From an uncultured virus (IMG/VR IMGVR_UViG_3300025849_000011) (lineage: Duplodnaviria; Heunggongvirae; Uroviricota; Caudoviricetes): DNA of 64,000 nt. The stretch lies in the IMG/VR virus record IMGVR_UViG_3300025849_000011. The stretch is one strand, 5' to 3'. Below, piece after piece: positions 47,601 through 57,148 of the stretch. A model generated the notes under the pieces. It searched no databases and was not told the DNA's origin. It was given only the letters and a program-made list of their open reading frames with translations. The translations under genes were made by a program, and so were the position numbers. Position 1 is the stretch's first letter; every line of letters begins with the position of its first letter.

Positions 47601-50048
47601 AACAGTGAGGGTTAAACCCTTTTCATTTTTTATAAAAGTAGCGTCAATACTTTCTAATCCAAGATCATCCTTTTCTATTGTTCTAAGTTTATCTCCATCA
47701 TAACCACCTGCTATGAATAATTTAACTCCATCTAAGAGTTTCTGCTGGGCCTTACTTTGTACTTGCCCTATTTGAAATGTTGAATATGGGTCTTGATACC
47801 AAGTAGCACCTAATTCTGGATTGTGATAAAGTCTACCAGTAATTATATCGCCGCCAACAATAGGCCCACCAAAACCATCACTATCAGTCTGATGATATCC
47901 TTTGGAAACCCCAAAATCTAATGCCTTATCGCTATCAAAATATAAGTATGCTATTTTATTTTGTAAGTCTACAACAGTGTTTGCATCAGTCTGATGAAAA
48001 CCTTCAGTACCTTCAGAGAATAATATATCTTTCACTGTTGCATTTGAAATTTTATCAAACGCAAATCCGTAATGAACAGGATTTCCAAATTCTCTTAAAT
48101 CAAGATAATCTACTTCTGAGGGAATTCCTGTGTTATCATAAAGATCAATTCTTTTCGTTGTCAAAGGATCAATTGAAGAGTCTCCAAATTGACTTGTTTC
48201 TATTACTAAACTATAGTCTCTTTTTTGAACCTTAATTACAACATGACCACTAGAATCCCATGATGCATTAGCATTAATTGGTGGTGCTTCAATCATTCTA
48301 CCCATATCAATTACAGTTTCATCTGCTTGACCAGCATTATATACTAATTCAAAATTAAATGGATAGTCATTGCGAGTTTGCACCCAATCTATATCAGAAT
48401 CAAACATACCGTCTTGTCTAGTGCTTCTTAATACAGTTAATGTTTTTTCATCTAAACCAGATTTTATTAATCCAACTAATATACCCATAGCACCAGTTTG
48501 TTTTTCACTATCAACAGCACTAAATGTTGCTTGTAATGTATAGGATTGTGAAGGACTATTTGAATAAACTCCATTAATAGATTTATTAATTTTTTGCATT
48601 TTAGGTGTTATATTGAGTCTATCAGAGTCCAAATTAGTAGTATTAAATGTATGATTAGTGGAATCTAAATACACGTATGTATTTTGGTTATCCAGCCTCG
48701 CAGATTTGATTTTGTCGTGGTTGTTAAATGAATTAAGGTTATTAATATCAGACTGTACTAATATTAAATTTCCACCACTTTCAATAAATTTCTCATCACC
48801 ATGACTATAAAACTTATAATCAAAATATTGTTTTAAACTTTCTGCTTTATCCGAATCTGATCCAAGATCAGCAGGAATATTTTTTAGAGCATTTGATAAC
48901 TGATCACTATCAAATACAAATTTACCACTTGTTACAATATAATCCCAATCGTACTTTTTTTGAAGTTTATCATAGAAAAGAAATTGTCCATTCTCACCTT
49001 CCCCAAAAGGCATATTAGATGCATCATCATCATTACCAATAGTGCCAGAACTATCCAAATCAGAGATATTTAAATTAGGAAAAAATTGCCATTTTTTGTC
49101 TATCTGATCATACTTTACGTGTGCAAATTTTTCTCTCACACCACTTATAGAATCTGGTTGAGTATAATAAATGCCTCCAAAATCATCTTGAGCAAGTGCA
49201 TTAACGTCTGTTAAGAAATCATTACTATCCCATTCACCAGCGTCAAAAACATACCTGCCAACTTTAAGTTCTGATTGAATACTTGCGCTATCACCACTCA
49301 ATTTGGGAACATTTAAGAATGATATTTTAGCACTATCTGATCTAAATTGAGAAATATATCCACTATCTGCCCTGAGATATTTAAAATATCCACTATCTGA
49401 GGTTAATTGTTTTATATATCCACTATCAGCCCTAAGAGAAATAATATCAACACTATCAGCCCTTAACCATTTTATATCGGCACTGTCTGCCCTGAGATAT
49501 TTAAAATATGCACTGTCAGCATAAAGATCATTAAATCTACCGCTATCTGCAACAAGACCACTAAACACAGTATTTGGATTAGATAAATCCACTAATGGAG
49601 TTGATGAATCCTCTGATCCAGATGATATGACCACACCAGAATTTGATCCTAAAATAATATCAGACGGTGCTATTTTTAATTTTAATTTTATTCCTTGATA
49701 TGTTGGTTGATTGATATCAGACCACATATCATTTTTAGCAGTATTTTCATTTGAGGAAGAATATGTTTGTATTACAAAAGTAGTGGATAATGGGTCTGTG
49801 GGCAGTGTTGAAGTGTATTCCCAAACGTAATTATTAGGTCTAAAATATGGGTAATCAGAACTAACATCAACTTCATCAATAGTGACAGGTTTCCAAGCCC
49901 TATGCTGCTCAAAAGTTTGATCTAAATCAATTCCTATAGTAACACTTATTGTGTTAAAAGGAAACTCTATCTCAGCATTATCTCTTAAATCTAATGTTCC
50001 GGTAATTCCTTGTGGATGTAGTATATACTTTAGAATATCATTTTTCAT
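44607..50048 (-). CDS. Long tail fibre/spike with C-terminal intramolecular chaperone (peptidase S74)
   Basis: SSDLRLKEN...GVVAQEVEEVLPE...LVPLLIESIKEL; LAY..TGVFTF repeats; TTDGLTEGSTNLY. Confidence 0.85.
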   Translation of the reverse strand: MKNDILKYILHPQGITGTLDLRDNAEIEFPFNTISVTIGIDLDQTFEQHRAWKPVTIDEVDVSSDYPYFRPNNYVWEYTSTLPTDPLSTTFVIQTYSSSNENTAKNDMWSDINQPTYQGIKLKLKIAPSDIILGSNSGVVISSGSEDSSTPLVDLSNPNTVFSGLVADSGRFNDLYADSAYFKYLRADSADIKWLRADSVDIISLRADSGYIKQLTSDSGYFKYLRADSGYISQFRSDSAKISFLNVPKLSGDSASIQSELKVGRYVFDAGEWDSNDFLTDVNALAQDDFGGIYYTQPDSISGVREKFAHVKYDQIDKKWQFFPNLNISDLDSSGTIGNDDDASNMPFGEGENGQFLFYDKLQKKYDWDYIVTSGKFVFDSDQLSNALKNIPADLGSDSDKAESLKQYFDYKFYSHGDEKFIESGGNLILVQSDINNLNSFNNHDKIKSARLDNQNTYVYLDSTNHTFNTTNLDSDRLNITPKMQKINKSINGVYSNSPSQSYTLQATFSAVDSEKQTGAMGILVGLIKSGLDEKTLTVLRSTRQDGMFDSDIDWVQTRNDYPFNFELVYNAGQADETVIDMGRMIEAPPINANASWDSSGHVVIKVQKRDYSLVIETSQFGDSSIDPLTTKRIDLYDNTGIPSEVDYLDLREFGNPVHYGFAFDKISNATVKDILFSEGTEGFHQTDANTVVDLQNKIAYLYFDSDKALDFGVSKGYHQTDSDGFGGPIVGGDIITGRLYHNPELGATWYQDPYSTFQIGQVQSKAQQKLLDGVKLFIAGGYDGDKLRTIEKDDLGLESIDATFIKNEKGLTLTVFTNIGDLVSTTNYNIDATVDTSGVVAQQMATDLTALRNGGTDNICIITSFGNWKYTDSFLIAELKEHGLVKLSASGTAAIGNYQYASIFQLGSKSKVYEVAEYSNSINQPKIRVFILNKTFFLIGGETNSNSALTNFRGNIIAETTGNNDLKLSGGVIASTPSTFNSTVNVSAGATNGIHFPDEAFASDADDQARIYLIDSPNASGNQILTIEVKNDNTDLINLSTPESDGNGKSMKGLRHNMKSIFSEGYLDISYDDSPSLGGNLNIKEYKIFSKPSNDEWEGDKPTFEFDYDAAADETNSTLLSSYNSMYNFLDITNNSTGKYFGIWNNKNPYSDTINSGNSIFRVDENGDVNVTGVFNTVTTDGLTEGSTNLYHRDSRAIIAVQNKISVTTASAAGGGALSWTPSTDAVQDGVLGFTPALSHSVTTDTPDGTTSTLAYNTSTGVFTFKSAKISDIVDSTLENIGVANATPSGNASSLAYNSGTGLITLTPADIPTTAKSAVSVTNDASNREAGGEISYVEGTGVITFKKDYQLSVTNVTPSGTGSLAYNGTGIFTFTPPAAGEGLTVTTSSAQSRQPAALSHSNGTFTFRPAELFPPISIIDTPSIPSHGEGSLAYDSETGVLTHLRAATVSLLNFRGTTDSDNAEFGKVGTISFSSDSNYGIGTFKLTPGYFATTVDSCLDTFLTIPHSAPSGDENKPSVMMLDSNSATKFINRRMNLNDFINFDDSANASVGWVLTKTTQISGTTPSEFQMKPLPSSIGLTDLSVTGLTSADDVNGNIVYDNTNGEFSFKPPFFIGRITGGNGGTTTPDANNGIVTFTADATSGLTVSASGQTVTIDASSVGGFSVDNNANNRIVTATGTGGNAEANATFDGSTLAITGAITATGNISAEGNVIAAASSDLRLKENLQKIDNALEKVSRLNGYTFTWNEKADKIFSSKNDVGVVAQEVEEVLPEIVIDRVDGYKAVYYEKLVPLLIESIKELKERIEELEKR
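49331..49550 (-). repeat. About eight tandem 30-bp (10 aa) repeats, consensus IxxLRADSGY
   Basis: CACTATC/CACTGTC recurs every 30 nt. Confidence 0.85.
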
Positions 50049-50051
50049 ACT

Positions 50052-51584
50052 TTATTCTTCTTCAGCATCAGCGGGATTTGCTACTTCTCCGCTTTTTATT
50101 TCATCCTCTACTTGAGACTTCAGTTCTTTAATATCTTCTTCACTATATTTCAAAACATTTTTAAATACCCATTCTTTAGAGAAATAGTCTCCAACATACT
50201 GAGTCATAATATCAAGTGTCTGTAGTCTTTCTCTTAAAACTTCTGCGTCTTTCATTTCAGAGAAATAATTATCTCTTGCATAGTCAACTCTTATACTGGT
50301 TTTCCAAGCATCCCAATCTGCTTCAGTTATAACCTTTTTAAGCACTAATTGTTTTTTAAGTACTTGTAAAAAAATCATACTAAATTTTTTGCGAAGGCGG
50401 TCTATAAATTTACTAAATTTGACTTCTTCTCTTGTAATTTCATTGTTCCTACCAAGAGAAAATTGTGATTCTTGTTCTAGTCTATTGAGTGGAACATTTA
50501 ATGAACGATATAACCGTTTTTGAAAATATATGATATCATCAATTTGACCTAAGTTATCACCACCCGGAAGTGTTGTTACTTCAGTTCCTCTACCGCCTTC
50601 TCTGCGTGGCAACCAAAAATCTTCAAGCATTGACATATGTTTACGATCATCACGCAATTCACCAGTACCAGCATCGTAAACGAGTTTGTTACGATATTTG
50701 GTCATAATATTTTTCATATATTCTTCTGCTTTACCTTTTGGTAAGTTACCAACATCAACATAAAAAATTCTACGTTCTGGCGCACGACTCAATCTGTAAA
50801 TAACCAGAGAGTCTTCCATCATTCTTAATTGATTGACAGGCTTAATGCACTTATGTAAATGAGAAACAACTTTTTTTCTGGATTCATCTAAAAGACCACT
50901 TGTTACATAATTGATTGAATCTAGTGTAAATTTTACACCTTTATTTTGAATTTGCCCTGCTGATGTTTTTCCTGGTTTTTCAGTGTATATGAAATATTCA
51001 TTAATTGATTCAATAATGTCTGCATTTGTGGCAGGGTCTTTTTTAGTTTTAACTTCTTTAACTTTTCTTATTTTTGTGGCATCAATGAAACGAACTTCTT
51101 GAATACCTGCTTTTTCATTTTTTTCATCAACTAAAATATGGTGATAAATTCTACCATCAATGTACCATCTTTTGAACAGATCATGAGCATGTTCAGATGC
51201 GTCAAACATTGAGAGAACATTATCAAATTCTTCTTGAACTATTTTTTTAATGTTATCTGGTGCGTCTATTTCGTCGGTATTTAAGGATAATGTACTTTCA
51301 TCTGCATTATTTACAATCGCTTCATTTACAATATCTTCTATCGCCATATCAACTTCTGGATGAATAGAAATTCCACGATATTTGTTAATCATCGCGATAT
51401 TATCTTTGGTATTATCACCATCAATATCTATGTATTGACCAAAATGACTTCCAGATGCAGTAATATATCCAGCACCATCATCACTTTGTGGCGCAACTAC
51501 ACTTTTAATTCTTTCTGCTTCTTTATCACCTTGCTTCTTTCGTTTTATCTCAAAACCAAAGAGAGAAACTGTATTTTCTGCCAT
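50052..51584 (-). CDS. 20: Portal protein gp20
   Basis: NQLRMMEDSLVIYR..RAPERRIFY, EDFWLPRREGGRGTE. Confidence 0.97.
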   Translation of the reverse strand: MAENTVSLFGFEIKRKKQGDKEAERIKSVVAPQSDDGAGYITASGSHFGQYIDIDGDNTKDNIAMINKYRGISIHPEVDMAIEDIVNEAIVNNADESTLSLNTDEIDAPDNIKKIVQEEFDNVLSMFDASEHAHDLFKRWYIDGRIYHHILVDEKNEKAGIQEVRFIDATKIRKVKEVKTKKDPATNADIIESINEYFIYTEKPGKTSAGQIQNKGVKFTLDSINYVTSGLLDESRKKVVSHLHKCIKPVNQLRMMEDSLVIYRLSRAPERRIFYVDVGNLPKGKAEEYMKNIMTKYRNKLVYDAGTGELRDDRKHMSMLEDFWLPRREGGRGTEVTTLPGGDNLGQIDDIIYFQKRLYRSLNVPLNRLEQESQFSLGRNNEITREEVKFSKFIDRLRKKFSMIFLQVLKKQLVLKKVITEADWDAWKTSIRVDYARDNYFSEMKDAEVLRERLQTLDIMTQYVGDYFSKEWVFKNVLKYSEEDIKELKSQVEDEIKSGEVANPADAEEE

Positions 51585-51609
51585 GAAACATTCCTATGAT
51601 TTATATTGA

Positions 51610-51649
51610 GTGGGGGAACGAATCCCCCCACTTTTCACAAGTATTTATA
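51610..51649 (-). promoter_or_regulatory. Late promoter (51642-51649) followed by a GC-rich hairpin before gene 20
   Basis: TATAAATA then GTGGGGG...CCCCCAC stem. Confidence 0.6.
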
Positions 51650-51651
51650 CG

Positions 51652-52179
51652 TTAACTTGTGCTATTACTTTCCCAATATTGTACTTGGAACTCACAAGTA
51701 AATTCTTCAATAGCATCTTGAGTATCATAAGATAATTCAATTGAAGAAATATTAGTTGGAAAACAACCTCTGAAAATATATCTTTTCAAAATACTTTCAT
51801 CTTTATCAAGTTGATCAACCAAAAGGTCTGCTTGATAAGTTTGAGGATTGGTAAATCCAATGTTGGTGGAATGAGAATTAATACCATTCATCCAACGCTC
51901 CAATGCATTTCTTGTACCAAAATCAGTATCATTAATGATTGTTGCGGTCCAAGTTTCAAATGTTCTATCTCCAGCAATTTTCAACTGCCTACCTCTGAAG
52001 GGAACTTCAATTGCATTCAGTGTTGATGCTGGAAGTTGTGCTGCCCTACACATAAAAGATGTAAGTTCAACATTACCTGCTGCATATCCTGGAAAGTTAA
52101 TGGTTGCTTTAAAAAGGTTTGCTCTTGCGCCACCCCCTCTTAATTTTGCTTTAAAATCGTCTACGCCTAAAATCGCCAT
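51652..52179 (-). CDS. 19: Tail tube protein gp19
   Basis: GGARANLF, PFRGR..KIAGDRTFETW. Confidence 0.95.
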   Translation of the reverse strand: MAILGVDDFKAKLRGGGARANLFKATINFPGYAAGNVELTSFMCRAAQLPASTLNAIEVPFRGRQLKIAGDRTFETWTATIINDTDFGTRNALERWMNGINSHSTNIGFTNPQTYQADLLVDQLDKDESILKRYIFRGCFPTNISSIELSYDTQDAIEEFTCEFQVQYWESNSTS

Positions 52180-52199
52180 TTTTTATCTCCTATGCTATC

Positions 52200-54284
52200 T
52201 TATACGCCAGAAGTGCCAACAACTTCTTCAAACGTAACTCCAGTGCGTACAGCAACAAAGTTAAGGGTGATGAAGTTAATAGACCTTGCAGGTTTGATGA
52301 ATAGGGAAGCGATAAATTGATTTGAATCTATAATTAACGGTGTGTTATTAGTTTCATCACAAACCAATTTGAAATCGGTAATTCCCCTTCTACCTTTCAC
52401 ATCTCTGAGTAGAGGTTCAACGATATTTACAAATTCAGCCCTTGTAAATTCATCGTTAAATTCAAACAGAATGTTTTGTGCCGCTGCTGCAATTGCTCTC
52501 TCAAGAACAAGAAACAATCTACGAACATTAATCCGATCAAATGCTGATGGTCTTGCTAAGTGAGTTTTATCACCATAAAGCAATATACCTTCGCCCGGAA
52601 TATTAGCGATTGGGTTGATACCTGCTTTATACAGCGTATCTCTCTCTGATTTAGTTGGCGAATATGCCAAACTAGTTACACCAAAATATTGACCTCTACG
52701 AGTACCTGCTGGTGAGAACCATGGAGCAAAATTATTGTCTGTTGCTGCCATAATACCTGCTGTAGAAGATGCTGCTGGAATAAAAATGTATTGATCATTA
52801 TATTTGTCGTAAACTTTTAGATAGTTGTTATCAACAGCAAGGTAAGAACTTCTTGTAAATGAATTAGAAGTCATTGCGCTTGAAATTGCCGTGACCGCCG
52901 CCGCTGAAGTTGTTTTTCCAACAATTGCATCACGATTTGGTGATGTTAATACCATACAATCTTTACGTGTGTTTTGTGCTATAGATACCATATTATTTAC
53001 AACAGTTTGATGATTTTGAGCAGTCGCTAGGCCAGGAGCAATCATGAAATCAATCGCTAAAGCATTTGGATCATTAAATTTGGCAAAGCCAGTTCCAAAA
53101 TCTGCTGCCACAAGTGCCGTTGAATTTACACCTCCACCAAGAGATATTGTAAGTTCTTTTTTACTACCAGTTCCAAACACATTGGAGTAATCTTTAGTTC
53201 CTGTTGGTGCTGTACCTGCATTTGTACCAAATCTAGAATCATTGACAGAAGGTAACCAAACATATTGTGAATTTCTGTTTATTACTTCTTGAATATAATT
53301 TGTTGATCCTTGATTAGTTTTCGCTCCCAGTATCAAAGAAACAAATGGGAATGTTTCCAAAACTGTACCAGCAATTCCTGAAACATCACCTTCTTCATCA
53401 ATAATGGCAACATGAACTTCATCGTTAGTGACACTTGTACCCGCACCCGCACTAGCGGTGTTTGCGAAGTCTGAAGTTGCTGGCGCAGCATCAAAAAATC
53501 CTCTATACGCCCAATTAGTGAAATCTGAATCACCAGTGCTGTTTGCAATTATAGAAACTTTTAAACTATTTCCAAGAACTCCAGGATACTTTGCCACAAA
53601 GGTGTGTCCATCTGTACCAAGTTGGGCTTTTTGTCCATCAAAGTTGTCAGTATTTGTTACTAATGGAACTGATCCACTTCCTGCTACTGGCGTACCAGAA
53701 GTTGTGAATGTACCGATATCAACTACACCAGTTGCACCAGCAGAATCTTCGCCAGTGATTATAATCTTCAGATCGTTTGCAGGTGATGCGCCACCTAAAC
53801 TGGTTCCAAGAATAACTGCTGAATCTCCAACATTATAGTCGCCGCCAGTTCCTTCATTTGTTAGTGTTGCTGAATAAGCACCACCACTTCTTACTACTGT
53901 CCATTCCGCGCCAGTGCCAGTTGCGCTTGCGCCAGCCGCACCAGAGATTGATGAATGAGTCAATCCGGTATAAGTTGTTGCCCCAACCGTTGTTTCGTAT
54001 GAGTTTTTTGCTGTATCTGTATACTCTCTAACGATAAATAAATCATCAGAATATCGCAAAAATTGATTTGCTGCATGAAAGTCTACAGTATTAACTGTAT
54101 CAGGACTTCCAAAAGTTCCTACTAAGGTTGCTTCATTGCTAACGAGTGTGGGTACATCACATGGACCCCAAGAAAAGTTTCCTACAAACGCACCTGTTGA
54201 CGTAGGTATGTTGGGAACTCCACTAGTTAGATCAACTTCTTTTACAACGATTGCAGGAGATTCAGAGGGTGCTGTTAATGCCAT
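52200..54284 (-). CDS. 18: Tail sheath protein gp18
   Basis: SP.IVVKEVDLT, WFSPAG..RG, FDRINVRRLF, KPARSINFI; late promoter at 54349-54356. Confidence 0.97.
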   Translation of the reverse strand: MALTAPSESPAIVVKEVDLTSGVPNIPTSTGAFVGNFSWGPCDVPTLVSNEATLVGTFGSPDTVNTVDFHAANQFLRYSDDLFIVREYTDTAKNSYETTVGATTYTGLTHSSISGAAGASATGTGAEWTVVRSGGAYSATLTNEGTGGDYNVGDSAVILGTSLGGASPANDLKIIITGEDSAGATGVVDIGTFTTSGTPVAGSGSVPLVTNTDNFDGQKAQLGTDGHTFVAKYPGVLGNSLKVSIIANSTGDSDFTNWAYRGFFDAAPATSDFANTASAGAGTSVTNDEVHVAIIDEEGDVSGIAGTVLETFPFVSLILGAKTNQGSTNYIQEVINRNSQYVWLPSVNDSRFGTNAGTAPTGTKDYSNVFGTGSKKELTISLGGGVNSTALVAADFGTGFAKFNDPNALAIDFMIAPGLATAQNHQTVVNNMVSIAQNTRKDCMVLTSPNRDAIVGKTTSAAAVTAISSAMTSNSFTRSSYLAVDNNYLKVYDKYNDQYIFIPAASSTAGIMAATDNNFAPWFSPAGTRRGQYFGVTSLAYSPTKSERDTLYKAGINPIANIPGEGILLYGDKTHLARPSAFDRINVRRLFLVLERAIAAAAQNILFEFNDEFTRAEFVNIVEPLLRDVKGRRGITDFKLVCDETNNTPLIIDSNQFIASLFIKPARSINFITLNFVAVRTGVTFEEVVGTSGV

Positions 54285-54367
54285 TTCTCTTTTCCTTTTC
54301 CAAGTAAATTAATAAGTTCTTCATAATACGGTTATGTTCAATTACTTGTATTTATATAAAGTGTATT

Positions 54368-55975
54368 TTAGAACCTTTCATATTCTGTTTGTATATGCCA
54401 TCTCTCTGCTTCGTGATCTACAACTATTTCATGTCTACCATCATCTATAAATCCAAAAGGTAGCACATCATTTTCAATTTCTTGCATTTTCTGAGAAAAT
54501 AACAAATCTTTAATTTCAATATCTGTAAGTTCATTAAAATGAAGTGTACCTACAAAATACCCAAAAAGAACAAAATTCATCACTAGATCATCATGATTAC
54601 CATCACTTGCTTCCCACGAATTTCCTTTTGCCGAAAACGTAGATATTTCTAGTATAGTATTTTCATCATGTATGATTAATTTTTTATTTTCAAGTAAGTC
54701 TTTGAATGATGAACAGCCCATTCTTTTTACTTTTCTATTCATTTTAATACCAATAGAATCTGCTTTCACTAAAGATTCAACATACATATTTTCATATTCT
54801 AAATCGTGATACAATCCGTTAGCCACAACCATTCCAGCATCATTTGATTCAACTACAACAGTTGCCATATTATATGCAGAAGCATACTTATAAATTATAT
54901 TTGGAAATAATAATGGAGATATAAGATTATTTCTATATACAGCAACTTGTTCAAACACATCATTTGAAATATCAATTATATTGAATGTTGAATAATCTCG
55001 GCCTCTACCTTGAGCAATATCAACCATACAAGCATAAGTATGACCTTCTATTGGTTCTTTATATACCAAAACACTGTCTTTGTCAATTCTTTTTTTAGGT
55101 TGTGTTGCTGATAATGAAAGTAATGTTTCAACCTCTATAAGCGTGTTTCCAGTTCCTATAAATGTGTTTCCGAATTCTTGATCAAACTGAAGTTGGGACG
55201 TATTATTGATTGTTTGTTCTTTCCATGCAACATCACGGCCCGGCACATCCCACCAATCAACTCTAAAAGGTTTATATTCATTTACTTCTTGAACAGCACC
55301 TTCCCAAATTTTATGAAAGACATTACCTATGCCGTTTGCAGTAGAAGTGATAATAACCTTAGTATTTTCACCAGCAGAAACAACAGGATATGTTGAAGTA
55401 TAAAATTCGTTTGCTCTTTCAACAAATGCAAACTCATCAAGGTAAAGTAAATTTACCGACATGCCGCGAATAGATGAACCTGAAGTTGCTGCCGCAACTA
55501 TTCTAGAGTTATTACTAAATTCAATTGAACCCTTATTTAGTGCTTTACATCCTGGTTGCAAAAAGAAAGGTAAATTCTCTAACATAAGAGTGACTCTTCC
55601 CAGCATTTCTCTTGCTGTCGCACCTTTATTTGCCATAACTGCAATAACTTGTTCTGGATTGAACAAAGCAAACCAAAGTAAATATGCTACTGATGATATG
55701 GATTTACCCGATTGCCGACACGCTAGAACGATAGAGAATCTGTTGTTAGTAAATTGATCAAACATTTTTTCTTGGTATGGATATAGATCAAAATTGACAA
55801 GACCTCTATCAAGTGATATTATCTTGCAATATGTCTTTGCAAAATATGCTGGATCATTCATACATTTTTGATATTCTAAAACACTTTCTTGTGTCCATTC
55901 TTGAATCACACCATCACGTTTTACATTCATATTTCCAAGATAAGAGTTTGTTACTTGACGATCAGTCATCTTCAC
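54368..55975 (-). CDS. 17: Terminase large subunit gp17
   Basis: RQSGKS, YLDEFAF, ITSTANG, HDDLVM. Confidence 0.97.
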   Translation of the reverse strand: MKMTDRQVTNSYLGNMNVKRDGVIQEWTQESVLEYQKCMNDPAYFAKTYCKIISLDRGLVNFDLYPYQEKMFDQFTNNRFSIVLACRQSGKSISSVAYLLWFALFNPEQVIAVMANKGATAREMLGRVTLMLENLPFFLQPGCKALNKGSIEFSNNSRIVAAATSGSSIRGMSVNLLYLDEFAFVERANEFYTSTYPVVSAGENTKVIITSTANGIGNVFHKIWEGAVQEVNEYKPFRVDWWDVPGRDVAWKEQTINNTSQLQFDQEFGNTFIGTGNTLIEVETLLSLSATQPKKRIDKDSVLVYKEPIEGHTYACMVDIAQGRGRDYSTFNIIDISNDVFEQVAVYRNNLISPLLFPNIIYKYASAYNMATVVVESNDAGMVVANGLYHDLEYENMYVESLVKADSIGIKMNRKVKRMGCSSFKDLLENKKLIIHDENTILEISTFSAKGNSWEASDGNHDDLVMNFVLFGYFVGTLHFNELTDIEIKDLLFSQKMQEIENDVLPFGFIDDGRHEIVVDHEAERWHIQTEYERF

Positions 55976-56342
55976 TCTTTGGATTAAATTCTACTACATT
56001 TTCATTATCTTTAATATGGATAGCCTCTGGTTCTTTTATATCTTGAAGCATTCTTTGTAATTCTACAGTTGAACCTACAAACAAATTATTTGTAGTTCCA
56101 CCCTCTAATGCTTGAGTATTTCTATTTAACTCATTTTTCTTTTTATGTAAATCAATGAGTTTGTCATTTACTTCAGATACATTTTTAATTAAACCAGCAA
56201 CAACTTCAAACGCCCTTGGATGTTCTAAAGCAGAAGCAATATTCATCATTTCATCTAAAGACTCCTGACCTTTTTGAATTAAGTCGTAATAAGTCTGCCG
56301 TGTAAATTCTAAATCATTTTTTTCATTATTTGAATCACTCAT
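55962..56342 (-). CDS. 16: Terminase small subunit gp16
   Basis: HPRAFEV, NNLFVGST.EL. Confidence 0.92.
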   Translation of the reverse strand: MSDSNNEKNDLEFTRQTYYDLIQKGQESLDEMMNIASALEHPRAFEVVAGLIKNVSEVNDKLIDLHKKKNELNRNTQALEGGTTNNLFVGSTVELQRMLQDIKEPEAIHIKDNENVVEFNPKSEDD

Positions 56343-56353
56343 TATATTTTTTC

Positions 56354-57148
56354 CTACGCACTATCAAAATTTTCTTTTATTGTTTCAGTAAATCCAAAAT
56401 CACTATCTCCTGATGGCGGTGCTAAATTTAAAGGATTAGGTTCAATAGTATATTGAGATAATTGTGGATCACTAGAATCTCCTAAAATTTGGTTATAAAC
56501 ATCAGTAGTTGTTTTTCTAATAATACTATGATCATTAATAGGCCCATAAAAGTTCGCCAGCATCGTAAAATCTAAAGTATAAATTATAGTTCTTCTTTGT
56601 TCTAATGATCCTTCAAAATCATCTGCAAAATTTACACTCGTTAATGTGATAGGAACATCTTCCTTTATGTCAGAGGCTAATGTTGCAAAAGGTTTCATTG
56701 TTATAGTATAATGCGGATTAAAGTATGGAATTATCTGTTCCACCATTTGTAGAGCATCATCTTGCGTCTTTGCATAGATATTTAATTGAAATGCAATGTC
56801 ATATGGTGCAGGACTGAAAAATTTATTTCTTTTAGTATTAGATGTGACGGATAAATTTTTATCATATGCATTCATCTTAGGGAGTTTACGTTCTGCATTA
56901 TATGTAAAAGACGTTATTTCAAAAGACATTCTAGGAAGTTTAATAGCAACCCTTGTATCCTTTTCAAGATCAGGATTTTCTCTGATCCTTTCTAAGTATT
57001 TTGCTTTAGGTGCATATGAAAGTGGTACTTTTACTTGACTTATGATTTTTCCAGAAGAATCTTTTCTTAACACATAAATGTTGTTGAACATAGTTCCAAA
57101 AATTGCAACTGATTTTCTAATTCTTTCGTGATAGAAATACTGTAACAT
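56354..57148 (-). CDS. 15: Tail terminator/sheath stabiliser gp15
   Basis: FGTMFNNI, VPLSYAPK, LPRMSFE, EQIIPYF.P. Confidence 0.93.
   Translation of the reverse strand: MLQYFYHERIRKSVAIFGTMFNNIYVLRKDSSGKIISQVKVPLSYAPKAKYLERIRENPDLEKDTRVAIKLPRMSFEITSFTYNAERKLPKMNAYDKNLSVTSNTKRNKFFSPAPYDIAFQLNIYAKTQDDALQMVEQIIPYFNPHYTITMKPFATLASDIKEDVPITLTSVNFADDFEGSLEQRRTIIYTLDFTMLANFYGPINDHSIIRKTTTDVYNQILGDSSDPQLSQYTIEPNPLNLAPPSGDSDFGFTETIKENFDSA

Noticed and set aside
49331..49550. Regular repeats as a CRISPR array
   Set aside because: In-frame 30-bp coding repeats without unique spacers; no cas genes
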